Below, piece after piece: positions 23,401 through 37,561 of a stretch of DNA of 58,259 nucleotides. The stretch comes from Rhizaria sp. SCN 62-66 (taxonomy: Eukaryota). Numbering within the stretch: position 1 is the first letter of the stretch; each line of letters starts with the position of its first letter. The notes under the pieces were generated by a model. That model was given only the letters and a program-made list of their open reading frames with translations. It did not search any database and was not told the DNA's origin. Position numbers and translations under genes: made by a program. Location of the stretch: contig MEDY01000374.1 of NCBI GenBank assembly GCA_001724265.1, positions 1 to 58,259 on the forward strand, given 5' to 3'.

Positions 23401-26400
23401 CAGCCCGTCGCCGCGGCCGCCGCGACGCCCGCTACCTGCGGCGCCAGCAGCGGCGGCGGCGGCGTTCTCGGGGGACTCAGCATCGTAGTCGGCGTCGTCG
23501 GGTGATGTACCGGCGCCCTTAGTCCTGCGGGGGTACTTAGTCGCGGCCAGGCGGGGACGGCCTACCTTCCGCGGGCCGCCCGCGAAGGGGCCCGCCGCGG
23601 AGGAAGCGTGTAAGGGCTTCAGGCCAAGGGCCCTGAGAAGCGCGTGCGCCTGGTGTAGGGGGATCGGGTAAGGGGCCAGGCCGGGCAGCGAGATGAGCCT
23701 CTCGGAGGCAAAGGTACTTACACCGGCTAAGGGGGTCGGCGCTGCAGCACTCGCACTAGCATTGGCAGCAGCAGCAGCGGCGGCAGCAGTGGCGGCGTTT
23801 GGCTGAGCGTTAGCGTCAGGCTTGGACTTGGGTTGACTCGCCTTGGCAGGGGTGTTTTTGTTGAGGTTGATGCTCGTCTTGAAGCTGAACAAGTCGTCCT
23901 CCTCCTCCTCTTCCTCCTCCACTTGCTGCTGCTGCTGCTGTTGCTGTTGATTGGCGTCGTTGCCATTGACAGTCGTAGTCGCGGCGGACGCCGAGGCCGA
24001 GGCGGCATCAGTCGCGGCGGCGAAGTGCGTGGCGTTGACGACGGCGGAGAGAATGGCTCGGCGACTCATGGGCACACCCACAGGTAACCCCGTCACAGGT
24101 ACGTGGTTGACAGTGCTAGGCGCGGTGCTCGCGTCGTGAGGACGAGCAGCGGCGACGTTAACGTTCGTACTACCATTAATGTTGTTGCCGTTGCTTGGGG
24201 CGCCTGTGCCGTGCGTATAGTACATGCTCACGTCAAGATTCTCAGCACCATCAGCATTCGCAGCAGCAGCATCGGTGGCAGCAGCGTCACTTTGCTGCTG
24301 CTGTTGCTGTTGCTGCTGCTGCTGCTGCTGCTGCTGGTGGTGCTTAGCACTAGAAGCGCTGTTCTTCTTCTTCTTGTCGTTGATATTGTCATAATAGAAG
24401 TAGTTCTCATTATAGTCACTCAGGTTATAGTACAGTGCGCTATCCTCATCCTCATCCTCCTCGTCCTCACCATCAACAGAACTCGCACCCGCGACATTGC
24501 CAGTGCCACTGCTGTCACTGGAGCTGCCGATATAGCTACTGCTACTGCTCGGGACGATGTACAGCCCCGTCCTGATCCTGCCCAGCCCACCCGCGGCGAC
24601 GGCGGCCGCGACCACGTCGCAGCTCAGCACAACGCTGCGCCGCGCGGCCTGCGGGGACCGGCGCCAGAGGCGGTACAGAGCGGCACTGCCGCGGTCGCCG
24701 CCGGTGGGAGCCAGGAACAGGGCTGGGGCGACGAACGGGGGAAACGAGAAGGCTGCGGCTGCAGCAGAGGCAGAGTCAGCGCTGTTATCAGCGGCGTTGG
24801 CGTCGAAGGGGGCTGTGGCGGCGGCGGCGGCGGCAACGGCGGCGGCGGCGACAAGCAGCGGGAAGCCCCGCACCGTGCGACCGCCCGCAGAGGGGGCAGC
24901 AGCGGCAGCAGGAGCAGCAGCAATGGCGCCGGCCCAGGCAGCGTCAGCCCCGCCCTTGCTGTTGTAACCATATCCCGCGAGCGCTGTCAGCGTGTCGGCA
25001 ACGGTCACATCGGCGTCGGTCTCAGCGGCTGCCACAGCAGCCTCGGCGGCTGCCATAACCCTGGCCTCGGCCTCGGCCTCCACCTCGGCCTCCGCAGTCG
25101 CCGCGGCCGCGGCTTTGGCCGCCGCCGTCTCCGCCGCCCTCAGCGCGGCTTTGGCCGCCGCTTTGGCCGCCGCGCGCACAGTTTCTGCCGAGGCCTCGGC
25201 GGCGCTCTTGGCGGCGGCCGTCGCTGCGGCGCGGGCTCTGGCGGCGGCCTCCGCATGTTCGGTCTCGGCAGCGCGCGCCGCGGCGGCCTTGGCGGCGGCG
25301 GCGTCGGCGGCCGCAGCGGCGGCGGCTTCCTTGTGCTTGCCGGTTTTGCCCTTGCCCTTGCCCTTGCTCTTGCCCGCGCCGCCGCCGCTAAGGCTGAGGC
25401 TGACGCCCGTCTTGTGCGCCTTGGCCTTGGCCAGCCGCAGCTGCCCTTTGGCCGCAGCGGCCGCACTGGCGGCCTTGCCCACCGCGATTACGGCCTCGTT
25501 GTGCTGCTCGGCGAGGGCGGCAACCTTGGCCTCGGCCGCCTCCGCCGCCGCAGCCGCGGCCCGGGACTCGGCCTCGGCCTTAGCGGCAGCCCTAGTCGCG
25601 GCGGTTGCAGAGGCGGCGGCAGCAGCGGCGGCGGCGGCGTGAGCCGGGTCCGGCGCGGCCTGACTTCGGAGGTATTGAACATAAGCCGCCGGGTCGGCCT
25701 TATAGCTGGTGACAACGGCGGTGACGGCGGCAGCTGCGGCGGCGGCGCGCGCGGCGGCCCGGGCGGCGGCGGCGGCGCGCGCGTGGGCCTGCGCGGTCGG
25801 GAAAGGGACAACGACGCCGCCCGCGCTCAGGTACAGGCCGCGGGCCGCCGCGGGGACTGTCGGGGAAAACCAGCACGTGACGCCGGCGAAGACTTGGGGC
25901 ACAGTGTTGTTGTCAGCCGATGAAGACGCAGACGCAGACGCTGAGGCTGAGGCTGAAGCAGAGCTAGAGCGTGAGCTATCCGAGGAGGCTGGAGCGCTGA
26001 GAGGAGGCTTGTTCTCCTTGTTATTATCGACATTGACGTCGTTATTGTTGGAGTCCATGTCATAGTCTTCATCCGTCATCGCGTTTGAGCTAGAACTCGA
26101 GCTCGAGCTTGAGTTTGCCGAGGCAGCAGAGACGGAGGCTGAGGCAGCGTCAGCAGCAGCAGCAGCTGGAGGAGCGGGAGCAGGAGCCGGGCCAAAGGGC
26201 GTTGCGTTAGAGACCCCCGAGCCAGCGCTAGAGCCCACAACAGCAGCAGTAGCAGCACCAGCATCAATAGTGGCGTTTGGCTTCGCAGGGGCAGCAGCGG
26301 CGGCGGTAGCCGTTGTTGTTGTTGTTGCGGCGGGCTTGGGCTTGGGCGCGAACGAAAACATCGAGGGCTTGAACGCCCTCAGCGAGGCGGCGCCGGGCAT

Positions 26401-26409
26401 GGTCGCCAT
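20457..26409 (-). CDS. Large low-complexity, probably nuclear protein with a split BRCT/TERB2-like domain and AT-hook-like motifs; exons 26409-22338 and 22123-20457, about 1912 aa (start codon uncertain)
   Basis: Two long ORFs are joined in frame by GTACGT(22337)...TCAG(22124). Contains VFAGVTCWFSPTV...GGVVV and GRP motifs KRSRGRPPK, RKVGRPR and KRGPGRPS. Stop is TAA. The CDS is well supported; the product call is tentative. Confidence 0.7.
22124..22337 (-). other. Spliceosomal intron (214 nt, phase 1)
   Basis: GTACGT donor, AT-rich body, TCAG acceptor; A|TC gives Ile in frame with PEEERTD. Confidence 0.8.
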
Positions 26410-26963
26410 GTGGAGCAAAGGCAGAACGCAAAGGTTGGATCTGCGAGCTAGGTTGGCGATCTGTGGCGCTGGAAAGCTTTGCTCTGGATCCGTTGATGAG
26501 AGGGGAGAGGGACGATGTCGGGTAAGTCGAGGTATCTCAATGAAAATAAGAGATCTCAGAAAAGATTTAAAATAATGATACATTTACAACAAAATACATA
26601 CAATCTCTGAGAGTTGTTTTTATATGACGTAGGTTTATGACGCTAGATCAATTCTTTAAAGGCTCTCTTGTACCCTCAAGCTGCCACCGTCGCCGTCGTG
26701 TTTCAAAAAAGCTCTGTCCACCAGTCGTTTCTGCGTTGTTCATTCCATCTCTCATGCACCCGTCTCTCCGTCTATGCACATATGTCACACAAAACCACGA
26801 ATCAAATGAACGGGATTATATTATATTTAATTTCCACTTTAAAGCACTCACTATACCCCTGCTTAATATTCCCTCTAAAGTTCGCCCTAGTCCTCCTAGC
26901 CCTCTTCAGTAGTTCTCTAGATCCTCACTCAGCCCCAGCCCTCAACCCTCAGCCCTCTGCGCC

Positions 26964-29900
26964 ATGAGCAGTGCCGGCGCCCCCCGCCCCAGCGGTTTCT
27001 CGCGCCCGCGCAGCGCGCACCCGCCGCCGCCTCGCGCGGCCGCTGCGCCCCACCCGCCCCCGCAGCAGTTACCCTCAGGCTGGTCTGCCGCCGGCGCCAC
27101 CACGGCCTCGCGCGCCATCCCCGCCTCGGCCGCCGCCTCATCTGCTGCCGCGACCGCGGGCGACGATTTGTCCGCTGCGGACGTGGCCGCGGATGCCGAC
27201 GCTGCGGCGGCCTCGGCGCACAGCGCGTACCTGACGAAGCTGGAGCAGCAGCGGCGGCAGCGGCGGCAGCAGCAGCAGCTTCACGCCTGCAGCGCCGCCG
27301 CGCGCCTCGAGGCCGAGCTCCTCTCCTCGCCGGCCGACGCCGCCGCAGGCCCCCACGGCGCACCTGGGGCGGTTACTTTGGGCCCCGCCGTCCCCGCTTA
27401 CGCCGGCAGCGGCGCGGCGGCGGCAGCGGCAGCAACGGGGTCAGTGACCAGCGCCAGCCGTGACGTCGATGGCGAGCATTACGACGAGGACGATGCCCAC
27501 GGCGACAGCGCCCAGCACGAATCTGACGACCTTAGCGCCGTCGTTGCACTTGCACGCTCCGGCTCCGGCGCGGCCGCCGTGTCCGCCTTCCTCTGCGAGC
27601 GCCGCCGCCGCCTACGCCTCCAGCAGTCGCAGCTTCTTGAGGCTGGCAATGGAGCTGCTGCTGTGCCGTGGCTGCTGCCAGGCGCCCCCAGCCACCTCAT
27701 GCCCAACGGCATTAGCAGCCACACAACTGACGCCGCCGGCTCAGGCTCTGGCTCTGGATATAGCTATAACAATCACGCCAGTGCGAGTGCGAGCGCGATC
27801 GTGAACACGAGGACGCGCCGTCCCCGCCCGGCCTCCGCCTCGCCGCTCTCCATCTCCGCGTATAATGGCACCATCAACGCCATCTCCAGCTGGGGCGGCA
27901 GCGGCTCAGCGCAAGCGGGTGCAACTGCGAGCGCGAGCTCGAGTGCGAGTGCAGCCTTCACCCCTCTGCCACAGGCGCCGCCGTCGCTGTCGCCACACCG
28001 GCCGCTGCTGCTGCGCGTGGGCGACCTTGTGCGCATGCTGTACACGCACAAGTGCCGCGACCTCTCGGTGCCTGCCACGGCCGCGCACCGGGCGCGCTTC
28101 CTGGCGCGCTTCTACTACTCGGCCACCACCGACGCCGCCAGTCTGCTCTGCGACCTCCCCGCCGCCGCCGCCAGGGACCCAGCGGCGGCCGCAGCGGCGG
28201 CGGCCGTTGCCAATGGCTCCGGCTTATTCGCGGGCGCGGGCGGTGGTGCCGGCGCCAGCGCCGGCAGCGGCAGCAGCAGCAGCAGTGGCAGTGACGCCAG
28301 CGACGACGACGACGATGACGATGACGACGACGATGATGTCGGCTTTAAGGGCTCTAGCAATAGCAACGGCAGTAGCAAGAAGAGCTTTCGGTCTGAGCAC
28401 CCTGACGGCGATGACGCCGACGGCGCCACGGCCTTACTTATAGACAAAGTGGTCTCACATAAATCTGCCGCCGCCGACGACGACGGCGATGACGCGGCTT
28501 ACCTTTCCGCCGCGGAGGCTGACAAGTGGGCCGCGGCGCAGGCCGCGCGCAAGCTCGCCCGCGAACAGCGGCGGCAGCGGCGGCGGCTCATGCGGCGGCA
28601 GCTGAGGCGCCAGCAGCGCCAGAGGCTCTTGGCTGTTGCTGCCGCCGCTGCCACGGCCAGTGCCAATGCAAGCGCTAATTCTAGCAGCGCGAATGCGGGC
28701 GGTAGTTCCAGCGCTGGCACTGCTATTGGTGCGAGCGGGGCTGTTACGAGCCCTACTAGCAGCAATACTAGCTCATCAGAAGTTGTGTCGATTGCGGCTT
28801 TATTCCCTAGCAGCGTCTCGAACACAGCGGGCTCTAACTCTGCTGTTGCCGCGGCCAACGCTGCCGCCGCCGCTGCCGCCGCCGCCGCGACCGCGGCCGC
28901 AACCGCCGCCTCCGTGGCCGCCGCGGCCGCCGCCGTCACCGCCGCCGCCCCCACCACCGCGCCCGGTGACTCCACCGGCGTTGGCGGCAGCTCGAGTGCT
29001 GGTGTGGCGGGCGGCGGCCGCGGCGCCGGCAGCAGCGTGACGGGCGGCGCGGGCGTGTATTTCGCGCTCTCGGCGGGGCCCGCGTACAGCGTGTACGGCG
29101 CAGACACGGCGGCGACGGAGCCGACGCTGCCGTGCCCGGGGTCCGAGTCCGAGGCCGACGCCGACGCCGACGCCGAGAGTGACAGTGAGGGCGACGGCGA
29201 CGGCGACGGTGACGGTGAGAGTGATCGGGGGAGCGACTTTGACTCTGGCTTAGACGCGGGTCAGCATGACTTCAGTGAGCGCAAGGCGAGTGCCAGTGTG
29301 GATGCCACTGCGAGGCGCGGGCGCTACCGCCAACGCACTGTCGACCTCATCACCAACAACGATCCTGCGACCAAGTACCTCCTCTCGCTGCTGCCGCCCA
29401 GCACAGCCGCGAGTAATCCTTTCACCCCCGCCGCCCTCGACTGCGCCAGCGACTGCGAGACGGACCCGCAAGACTGCCCTTTGCTGGGCGCGGTCCGCAG
29501 CCCCCTCGCGGCCTCGCTGCCGCCCACGGTCGCGGCCCGCGCCGCCGCCGCGGCGGCCCCTGTGGCGACCGCGGCTACGGGAGCTGCCGCGCTGGCCGCG
29601 CTCGTCGCCGCGGCGGGCAAGCGGCTCGCCACGGGCCGGCTCTCTGGCCCGCAAGCGGCGCGCGCGCGGGCCCTGCTGGCCTCGCTCGTCGCGCTCCCCA
29701 ATAGCAACAACGGCAATAACAATAGCAATAATAACGGCCAGTTGGCTGCTGCGAGTTCTGCGAATGCTGCGGGCGCTGCGAGTGCCGCGGCGAAGCTCAT
29801 CGCCTGCGCTGAGAGTGATAGCGCGACAGCGTGGATCGTCGACGCGCTCAAGAGCGCGGTGCGGCACAAGGACGTCATGGCCGCAACGGCACTCATGCAG

Positions 29901-32900
29901 TCGCAGGCGCAGGCCCAGGTGCTTACGTTTGACACGAATAAGAGCCACAGTAAGAGCGGTGCTAGCGCAGCGAAGTCAAGCCGCCTCTTAGACCCGAAGC
30001 CCGTCCACGGTCCCCGACGCCACGTCAGGGTGATCGCGTACAGCTCGCCATTCCCGGCCGCGCCCGCCACCGCCGCGGCGACTGCGGCGGCCGCAGCGGC
30101 CGCGGTCGCCTCCACTGTGTCGGCCACGGCGACCGCGATCGCCGCCACCGGCTCCTCCGGCTCCAGCTCGAGCTCTGGCCCTCACACTGGCTCGCACACC
30201 GGGTCCAGCTCTGTGTCCGCCTCTGCTGCCGCTGCGGCCGCGGCCGCGAACGAGACGGCCGCGGTCACGGCCGCCGTCGCCGCGCTGCCGTCTTTGTCCA
30301 GCGCCATTGCGCTCGCCGCCAACTCGCAGCTGCACAGCGCTAAGGGGTACTTAGACGACTCTAGGGGCTACTTGCTGCCCCTCTCGGACCCGTATTATAT
30401 GCACTTCACCGATGTGCCCCCGCCGCAGGGTGCTTCATACACGCCCCCCAAGTCTTCCATTGCAGCCGCAGCCGCCGCCGCCGCCGCTGTTGCTGCTTTA
30501 GATGCTGCTGGCGGCAGCGCGGGACACGGCAGCACTGATGTTAGTCCCGGCGGCGTCGGCGTCGGTGTCAGGCGCATCCAGACCGGCAGTCAGCAACAAC
30601 AGCAACAACAGCAACGTAAGTCTCTCGCCAACAACAACGCGAGCGCGAACGCCCCCAGCAACACCGCTGGCGGTGGCCCCAGCGGCGGCGCTGTGTCTGC
30701 CGGGGCCGTCACCGCGGCCACGGTCGCGCTCGTGAAGTCGGGCGCCGAGTGCCTCGTGCGCGCGGCCGCCACGGTCACCCACACCACACACGGCAACAAC
30801 GGCACCAAGAGCGCGGCGGCAATGGGTCGCAGCTCCGCGAGCGCCAACGCCGCCAAAGTGACCGTGACTGGGGGCGCGGGCGCGAGCGGGAGTGCGACGA
30901 CAGTGCCGGTGCCGCCGGGAGGGCTCGTGCTGTCGTTGCCGAGCCTGGGGCTCACGCCCACGTGCGTTGCGCTGCTCTGCCAGTTTCTGCTCCTCGACTC
31001 GCGCGCGTACGTTACCGCCTGTTGGCGTGCGCACCTCGCGCGCGCTGCGGCCGAGGCGGCGGCCGCGGCCGTGGCCGACGCCGCCGCAGTACTCGCCAAG
31101 GAGCTGCACTGGGCGCAGGCGCACGGCCGCGTCAGGGCCGCAGCCGCCGCCGCCGCCGCTGCTGCTGCTGCCGCCGCTGCTGCGTCTGCGGCTGCAGCGA
31201 CGAGTGACAGCGCCGGCGCTCTGAGCAGCAGCAATAATAGCAGTGGGGGCAGTGGCAGTAGCAGTGCGGCCGCGCTGTCGCGTTTGCCGCCGACCAAGGC
31301 CGCCGTGCTGAGTGCCCTCGAGGACCTGCCTCCCACGGTCACACTTACACCGCAAGGCGGTCTAAGTACCCCCGGAGGTGTAAGTGCATCTGCGGACCCT
31401 TACGCCGACCTCGAGTCCGCGATCGCTGCCGCAACGACTGCGCTGGCAATGGTGCCCCGCCGCTTCCCGCATTGCAACAGCAGCCGCAACACCAATATCT
31501 GCTCACAGTCACTGACCGTGGGCCCTATTGTGCGGCCCACAGTTACCACTGTTCCCGCCGCGCCTCCCGCGCCCGGGCCTGTGCCCGCGCTGGCCCTTGC
31601 CGCCACCGCCAGGCTCATCGCGTGCGCTGAGGCCGCCTTCACTCCCGGCGGCAACAACAACAACAACAATCAGATGGGCTCGCACAGCCCCAGACACCGC
31701 AGAGCGTCGATTGCCAGCGCCAGCGCCGGCGCCCCCGGCGTCTCACCCGTGGCGGCAACCACCCACGTCACGAGCTCGGGACACACCGGACACAGCGGCC
31801 TCGGCAACAGCAGCAGCAGCGGCGGCGGCGGCGACAGCGTTGTCGTGCTGACGCAGCCTCTGCCCGCCTCGCTCGGCGCGGCGCTGTCCGGCCCCCCCGT
31901 TGCGCTCACCACCACGCTCGCGAGCGCAAGCGCTGGGTCCGCCGCTGGCGATGACGGCAAGGGCGATGGCGCCGGCGGCGTCGGCGTGACCGCAGTCGCG
32001 GGCGCCGCCGTGCCGATCCCGCAGGCGCTCGCAGCGGCCGCGCGCGCGCTCGACGCCGCCGTGGCCGTGTACGTATCGGCGCTCACGGGACAGCCGCCCT
32101 CGGCTAACACAGGCGGCAGCAGCAGCAGCAGCAGTGCGAGCGGCCCCTTGGGCGCCGCCGGCGTCAGCACCACCTCTGCCCTGGAGTACTGGGTGCCGCC
32201 GCCGCGCTTCACGCACTTGGTGCTCGACGGCAATGCGCTCGCTTCTCCGGTCGCCGTCGCCGCCCTTTGTGCGCTGCTCACGCACTCGCGCACGCTTGTC
32301 TCGCTGTCGATCCGCGGCACCGGGCTCAACCAGCAGGGCTACGAGGCCATCTTCCGCGCCCTCACGCCCGCGCCCGCGCCCGTGCCCGTCAACGGCGCCC
32401 CGCAGTCGCACTCACCGCCGGCGCTGTTGCTGCCAGAGCCGGCGCTGCTGGCGCTGGACGCGTCGAGCCTGCCATCACACGACCGCATGACTCTGGGCCC
32501 GCGCGGCGCGGCGGCGCTGGGACGCATGCTGCGCCGCAACCAGCGCCTGCGAAGGCTCGCGCTCGCTGGCGCCGGCGTCGCTGGCCCCGCGGTCTCCGCG
32601 CTGGCGGAGGCCTTCCTCCTCAGCCCCAGCGGCCCCGGCGGCGGCGCCACGGCGGGCGGTCGGCGCGGCACCGGCGCGGCTGCGGGCAACTCGACCAAGC
32701 CGCTGCTGTGCCTGACTGACCTGGATCTGAGTTACAACCAGCTCACGACGGCCTCGGCCCCCGCGCTCGCGGCGCTGCTGGCGGCCGCGCCGGGGCTGCG
32801 GCGCCTGTCACTGGCGCACACGGAGCTCGGCGAGCAGGGTCTGCTCGCGGTGACGCCCGCCCTTAGGGCTATGGCCCGCCTCCAGCGGCTCAACCTGCGC

Positions 32901-35900
32901 GCGTCGCGGCTGAGCCTGCGCGCGCTCACGCTGCTGACGGACATCATCGCGGACATGCCCGCGCTTGAGGAGCTGTACCTGGACAACAACGCGTTCCTGG
33001 ATGAGTACGCGACCGGCAGCAGCAGCTCGCAGCAGCAGCAGCAGCGGCCCGGATCCGCCAAGAGCGGCGGCGGCAAGGCGGCCGCAGGCTTGCTGGGCGG
33101 CTCTGCGGCTCTCGCGGGCGCCGGCGACGACGACGACGGGGACGGCTTTGCGGGCCGGCTGGTCGCCGCCGAGCGCGCCGTTGCGCTGCGCAAGCAAGAG
33201 GGCGCCGCGCTAGACAAGGGCTTGCTGGCGCCCTCATTTGTGCTCCAGCGCGTGCGCCAGCAACAGCAGCAGCAGCAACAGCAGCAACAGCAGCTGCAAC
33301 AGGCTGACTCGAGTGGCGGCACTAACCTCAGCAGCTTTAGCTCTGATTTCAACCCCAACAGCGCGAACAACAACGCCAACACCGCGCCCTCTTCCGGAGG
33401 CGGCCTAAGTTCTCCCTCCGCCGGCAGCGGCCTGAGCTCTGCCGACGCGGCCCTCACTGCGGCGTTGTCCGCGACCGACGCCATGTCCACCGCGCTGCGC
33501 AGGCTCGGGCTCTTCCCGCCCACCGTCGTATCCCCGCGGCTGCCGTTGTGCTCGAACCTCGCCGTGCTGTCGCTGCGCGACTGCAAGCTCAGCGGCAGCG
33601 TCGTCGAGAGCCTGCTCGCCGCCTTCACCCCGGCAACAGACGCCGCCGGCGCCGCGGCCAAGCGCCGCAGGCAGGCCGCCGCCTCGGCAGCAGCGGCGGC
33701 GGCCGCGGCGACGGCGGCGACCGCGCCCGGCGCCGGCGGCCGCCGCGGCAGCAGCGCCGGGGCCGGGTCCGCGTCCAGCGCCGCCGTCGCTGTCGGCGAC
33801 AGCAGCGGCGGCGGCAGCGGCGGCGTGGGCGAGGACGGGTTGGGCCGCTTGCTGCCGTCAGTCTCTTTTGCCCACCCGCCGCCCCAGCCTGCCAACAGCT
33901 CTACCGCGACTGCGACTGCTAGCGCGAGCACGAGCGAGAGCAGCGCCGCAGCCGCTCCGGTTACTGCGAGCGCGAGCGACAGCGCCGCCGCAAGCGCAGG
34001 CATCGCGGGCGTCGCGACCGATACTACGGTGGCGACGGTGACCGAGGGCGCTGATGCGCACTCGGCGTCGACGGCGCGCTCGCTGCGGCCGCGAGTGCCG
34101 CTGCCGTGCCCGCGCTGGGCGCGCCTGCCGCTCACATCGGGCTCGCAGGCGTTCCCCATGCTCGACTGCCTGGATCTCAGCGGTAACCCGCTGCGCGACC
34201 GCGGCGCCGTGGCTGCCGCGCGCTGGCTGTCCCATCCGCGCACGGCCGCGACCGCGCTGCACCTCGACGGCTGCGGCATCGGCGACGTTGGCGGCGCCGC
34301 GCTCGCGGCCGCGCTCGCGGGCGCCACGCTGCCACCCGCCTCCGTGACCTCGTCCTCGTCTGCGTCCTCGTCTTCGGTCGCTGGCTCGGGGGGCAAGGGC
34401 ACGGTGACCACGGTCGCCGAGGCTCTGTCGGGTGTCACTGCGAGCATGGTGGTCTTTTCTTTGGCACCCACATTGCGCAGCTCCTACACTGCCGACGGCG
34501 GCGCTCTCATCGACACGGACACCGCGGCCACCGGCGGCCTCCGCGGCGGCGCCGCGGGCGGCCTGACGTTCGGCGTGGCCCCAGGTCCGCACGCGCCGTG
34601 CCTGGCGCTGCTCTCGTTGCGGCACAACGCGCTGGGCGCGACCGCGGGCGCCGCGCTGCTGCGCGTGTGCGCGCTGCGGAACCTGGGCCTGTCTCCGTCG
34701 CCGCTTACAGTCGCCACGCTCGGCTCCAGTATGCCTTTCGCCGTCGCCGACGCCATCGCGGCGCTTTGCCCCGGCACGTCCGCGCGCGCCCCCGCCTCGG
34801 CCTTCGCCGCCGCTGCGGCCGCCGCGTCGGCTGCGGCGTCGGGTGTGCTGTCGCCCGCGCCGTCGCTGGCGGCGCCTGCCACCGCGGCTGCCGCAGCCGC
34901 CGCGGACCGCGCGCGCGACGTTGCCGCGCTGCACCGCGCGCGCTCGCTCTCGCATCACTGGCAGTGGCTGCTGAGGCGCGCCGCCGCGCTGCGCCGCCTC
35001 ACGCGTCTCACGCGCGCGGCGGCGGCGCTCGCGACGCTGTACACTGCGGCTGCCGATTCGGCCGCGGCCGCGCTGCCCGCGTGGCGCGCGCGCGAGGAGG
35101 CAGGCTCGCGCGCGCTCGCCGCCGAGGCGGCCGAGGCCGCCGACGCCGCGGCCGCCGCGCGGACCGCGCTGGCGGCGGCGGAGGCGGCCGTGGAGCTGCG
35201 GCACCGCGAGTACGAGGCACGCGCCAAGTGGGTCGCCACGCAGCGCGAGAAGGAGCAGCGGCTCGCGCAGGGGCTTGCCAGGCAGCTGGAGAGTGCGCGC
35301 GACCTCCGCGCGCGCGCCATCTCGACGATCGCCTACGACTCTGACAACGTCGCGTCCGCATCCGCGTCTGCGCAGGGCAAGGGCGCGGGGTTCGACCTGG
35401 CCGCCGCGTTGGTCGCCGCGGGCGTGGTCTCGACCTCCGCCGCGGCCGCCACCGCCGCTTCGAACCTCAGCTCGAGCTCCGGCGCGGGCGCCGAGGCCGC
35501 GGCGCTGTCGCTGGTGCTCGCGGAGGAGACGGCGGCGTGCGGCGAGTGGCGTGGGCAGCTGCAGATTGCGCTGGCGGCCGTCGTCAGCATGGTCGCGACT
35601 CTCGAGGCGACGCAGAGGGTCGCCGGCGGCAACGCTCCCGCCAACAGCGCGAGCGCTGCCGCGGGCGCCAATGGCGGCAAGGCCGGTGCGAGGTCGCGAC
35701 CCAGCACTGCTAACGGGGGCCAGTCACCTCGCCGCGCCGCGCGCCCCGCCACTGCGACTCACGGCGCCAACATCGGCAGCGCTAGCGTCGCGAGCGGCCG
35801 CCGCGCGCGCCCTGCCTCTGCGTCCGTCAGCGGCAGCCGCGGTTTCCCCAGTGCGCTTGCGAACGCCATCGAAGACCCCGCTGTCGTCGCCGCGCGCATC

Positions 35901-37522
35901 ACGCAGTGGCGGCAGCACGGCGTGCCCTCGAACATTACCTTCACTGCCAGCCTCAACAGCGGCGCGGGCGGCGGCGGCAAGCCTACGGGCGCGGGCGGCG
36001 GCGGCCACGGCGGTCTAATGGGTCTGCAGCCGTTGCGCGCGGGCGACGTCGCGGCCGTGTCCGCGCCCCCCGTGGCGGGGGCTCTGGGCCGCAGCGCCGG
36101 CGCGGACCCTAACGCACCGCTCTACCGCACCGCCGCGCCGCCGCAAGAGAAGGGCGCAATTAGTGCTAGTATTAGCACAGGCGCTAGTCAGCCGCAGTCT
36201 CAGAACAAGAGCCACGGCGGGGTTGAGGACGCTGGCGATGACGTTTTTTCAGAGCTGTTATCCGCCCCTGTGCGCGCCACACCGACCATCGCTAGCAAGC
36301 CCAGCACTGGCGCCACCGCCGCTGTTCAAGCCGCTGCCTCCCCTGCTGCTCCTGCTGCTGCTCCTGTTGCTGCTGCTGCTCCCGTTGTTGCGGGCGGCAG
36401 CAATAGTGCAGTTGGCGACGGCGGCAGCGGCATGGGCGGCGGCGGCGGCGGCGACGACTGGGACGGCGGCTTCGACTCAGCTGCCGCTGCCGCGGCCAGC
36501 GCGATCAGCAGTCAAAGCGGTGTCAGCCCAACTGCCGCCACCACCGCCGCCGCCGGCGGGAGCAAAACCGCAGCCGGCGCCCGCTACAGCTCGACCGCGG
36601 TGTTCGGCGGCCTGCGCCCCACCTCCGCCTCCGCCGCCAACAGGGGTCAGTCTCGCACCGGCACCAGCCCGCGTCGCAGTCACGAAAGTACCGCCAGCGG
36701 CGCCGGCAGTCGCCCCGCGAGCGCCAGTGTCCCAGTCGCCGGCCCACGCACTGGCGCCAGTGCGAGGCCGACTTCGGCGCACGGCAGCGGCGGCAGCGGC
36801 AGCAGCGCGCTCGACCGCAGCGCCAGCCCACGCACGCACGCTGGCAGCGCGAGCGGCAGCGGCGACGGCGCAAGTCGCCCCACTGGCCCCACGGGTGCTG
36901 CGGCGAGTGCGGGTACTCGCGACGGTACCCATGATCCCGCCGCCGCGCCGGCGTCGCCGCACAAGCGCTCGGTGCGCGGCAAGTCTGCGGCCGTCCTGAG
37001 CGACGAGGCCGACTCTGCGCCCGCGATGTCGCCCGCCGTAGTCGACTCGATGTTAAGCCGCATGGACCCCGCGACTGCCGCGGCGATGCGACTCGCGCTG
37101 AACAAACTCGCAGGCATGGACGTCCCGGTCAAAAAGCCGCAGGCGCGCGCGTCGCGGCTCGCTCCGCTTTCACAGTCGCAGTCAGGCTCTAGTGCTGCGG
37201 CCGCGAAGCCTCCTGTGAGGGTGCGGCCGGCGTCTGCGACTGTTGCCTCTCAGGCTCAGTCGCAGGCTCACCAGTCTCAGGCCCATAAGCCTGCGCTTGC
37301 CGCGCCTGCTAGCGCCGCTGCACAGCCTCAACAGGAACAGCAGCAGCATCAGCCGCCTCAGCGCGCAGCGCGTCCCCAGTCGGCCCAAGTGCACTCGCAG
37401 CCTCTTGCACACTTGCAGCCTCATGCGCACGCGCGGGCGCCCGTGCTTGCGACGACTGCAACGGCCGCGAGTACTGCGAGCGCTCCCGACGGGACCAGTA
37501 TCGGGACCAGTGCCGGCCCCCG

Positions 37523-37561
<39 letters not shown>

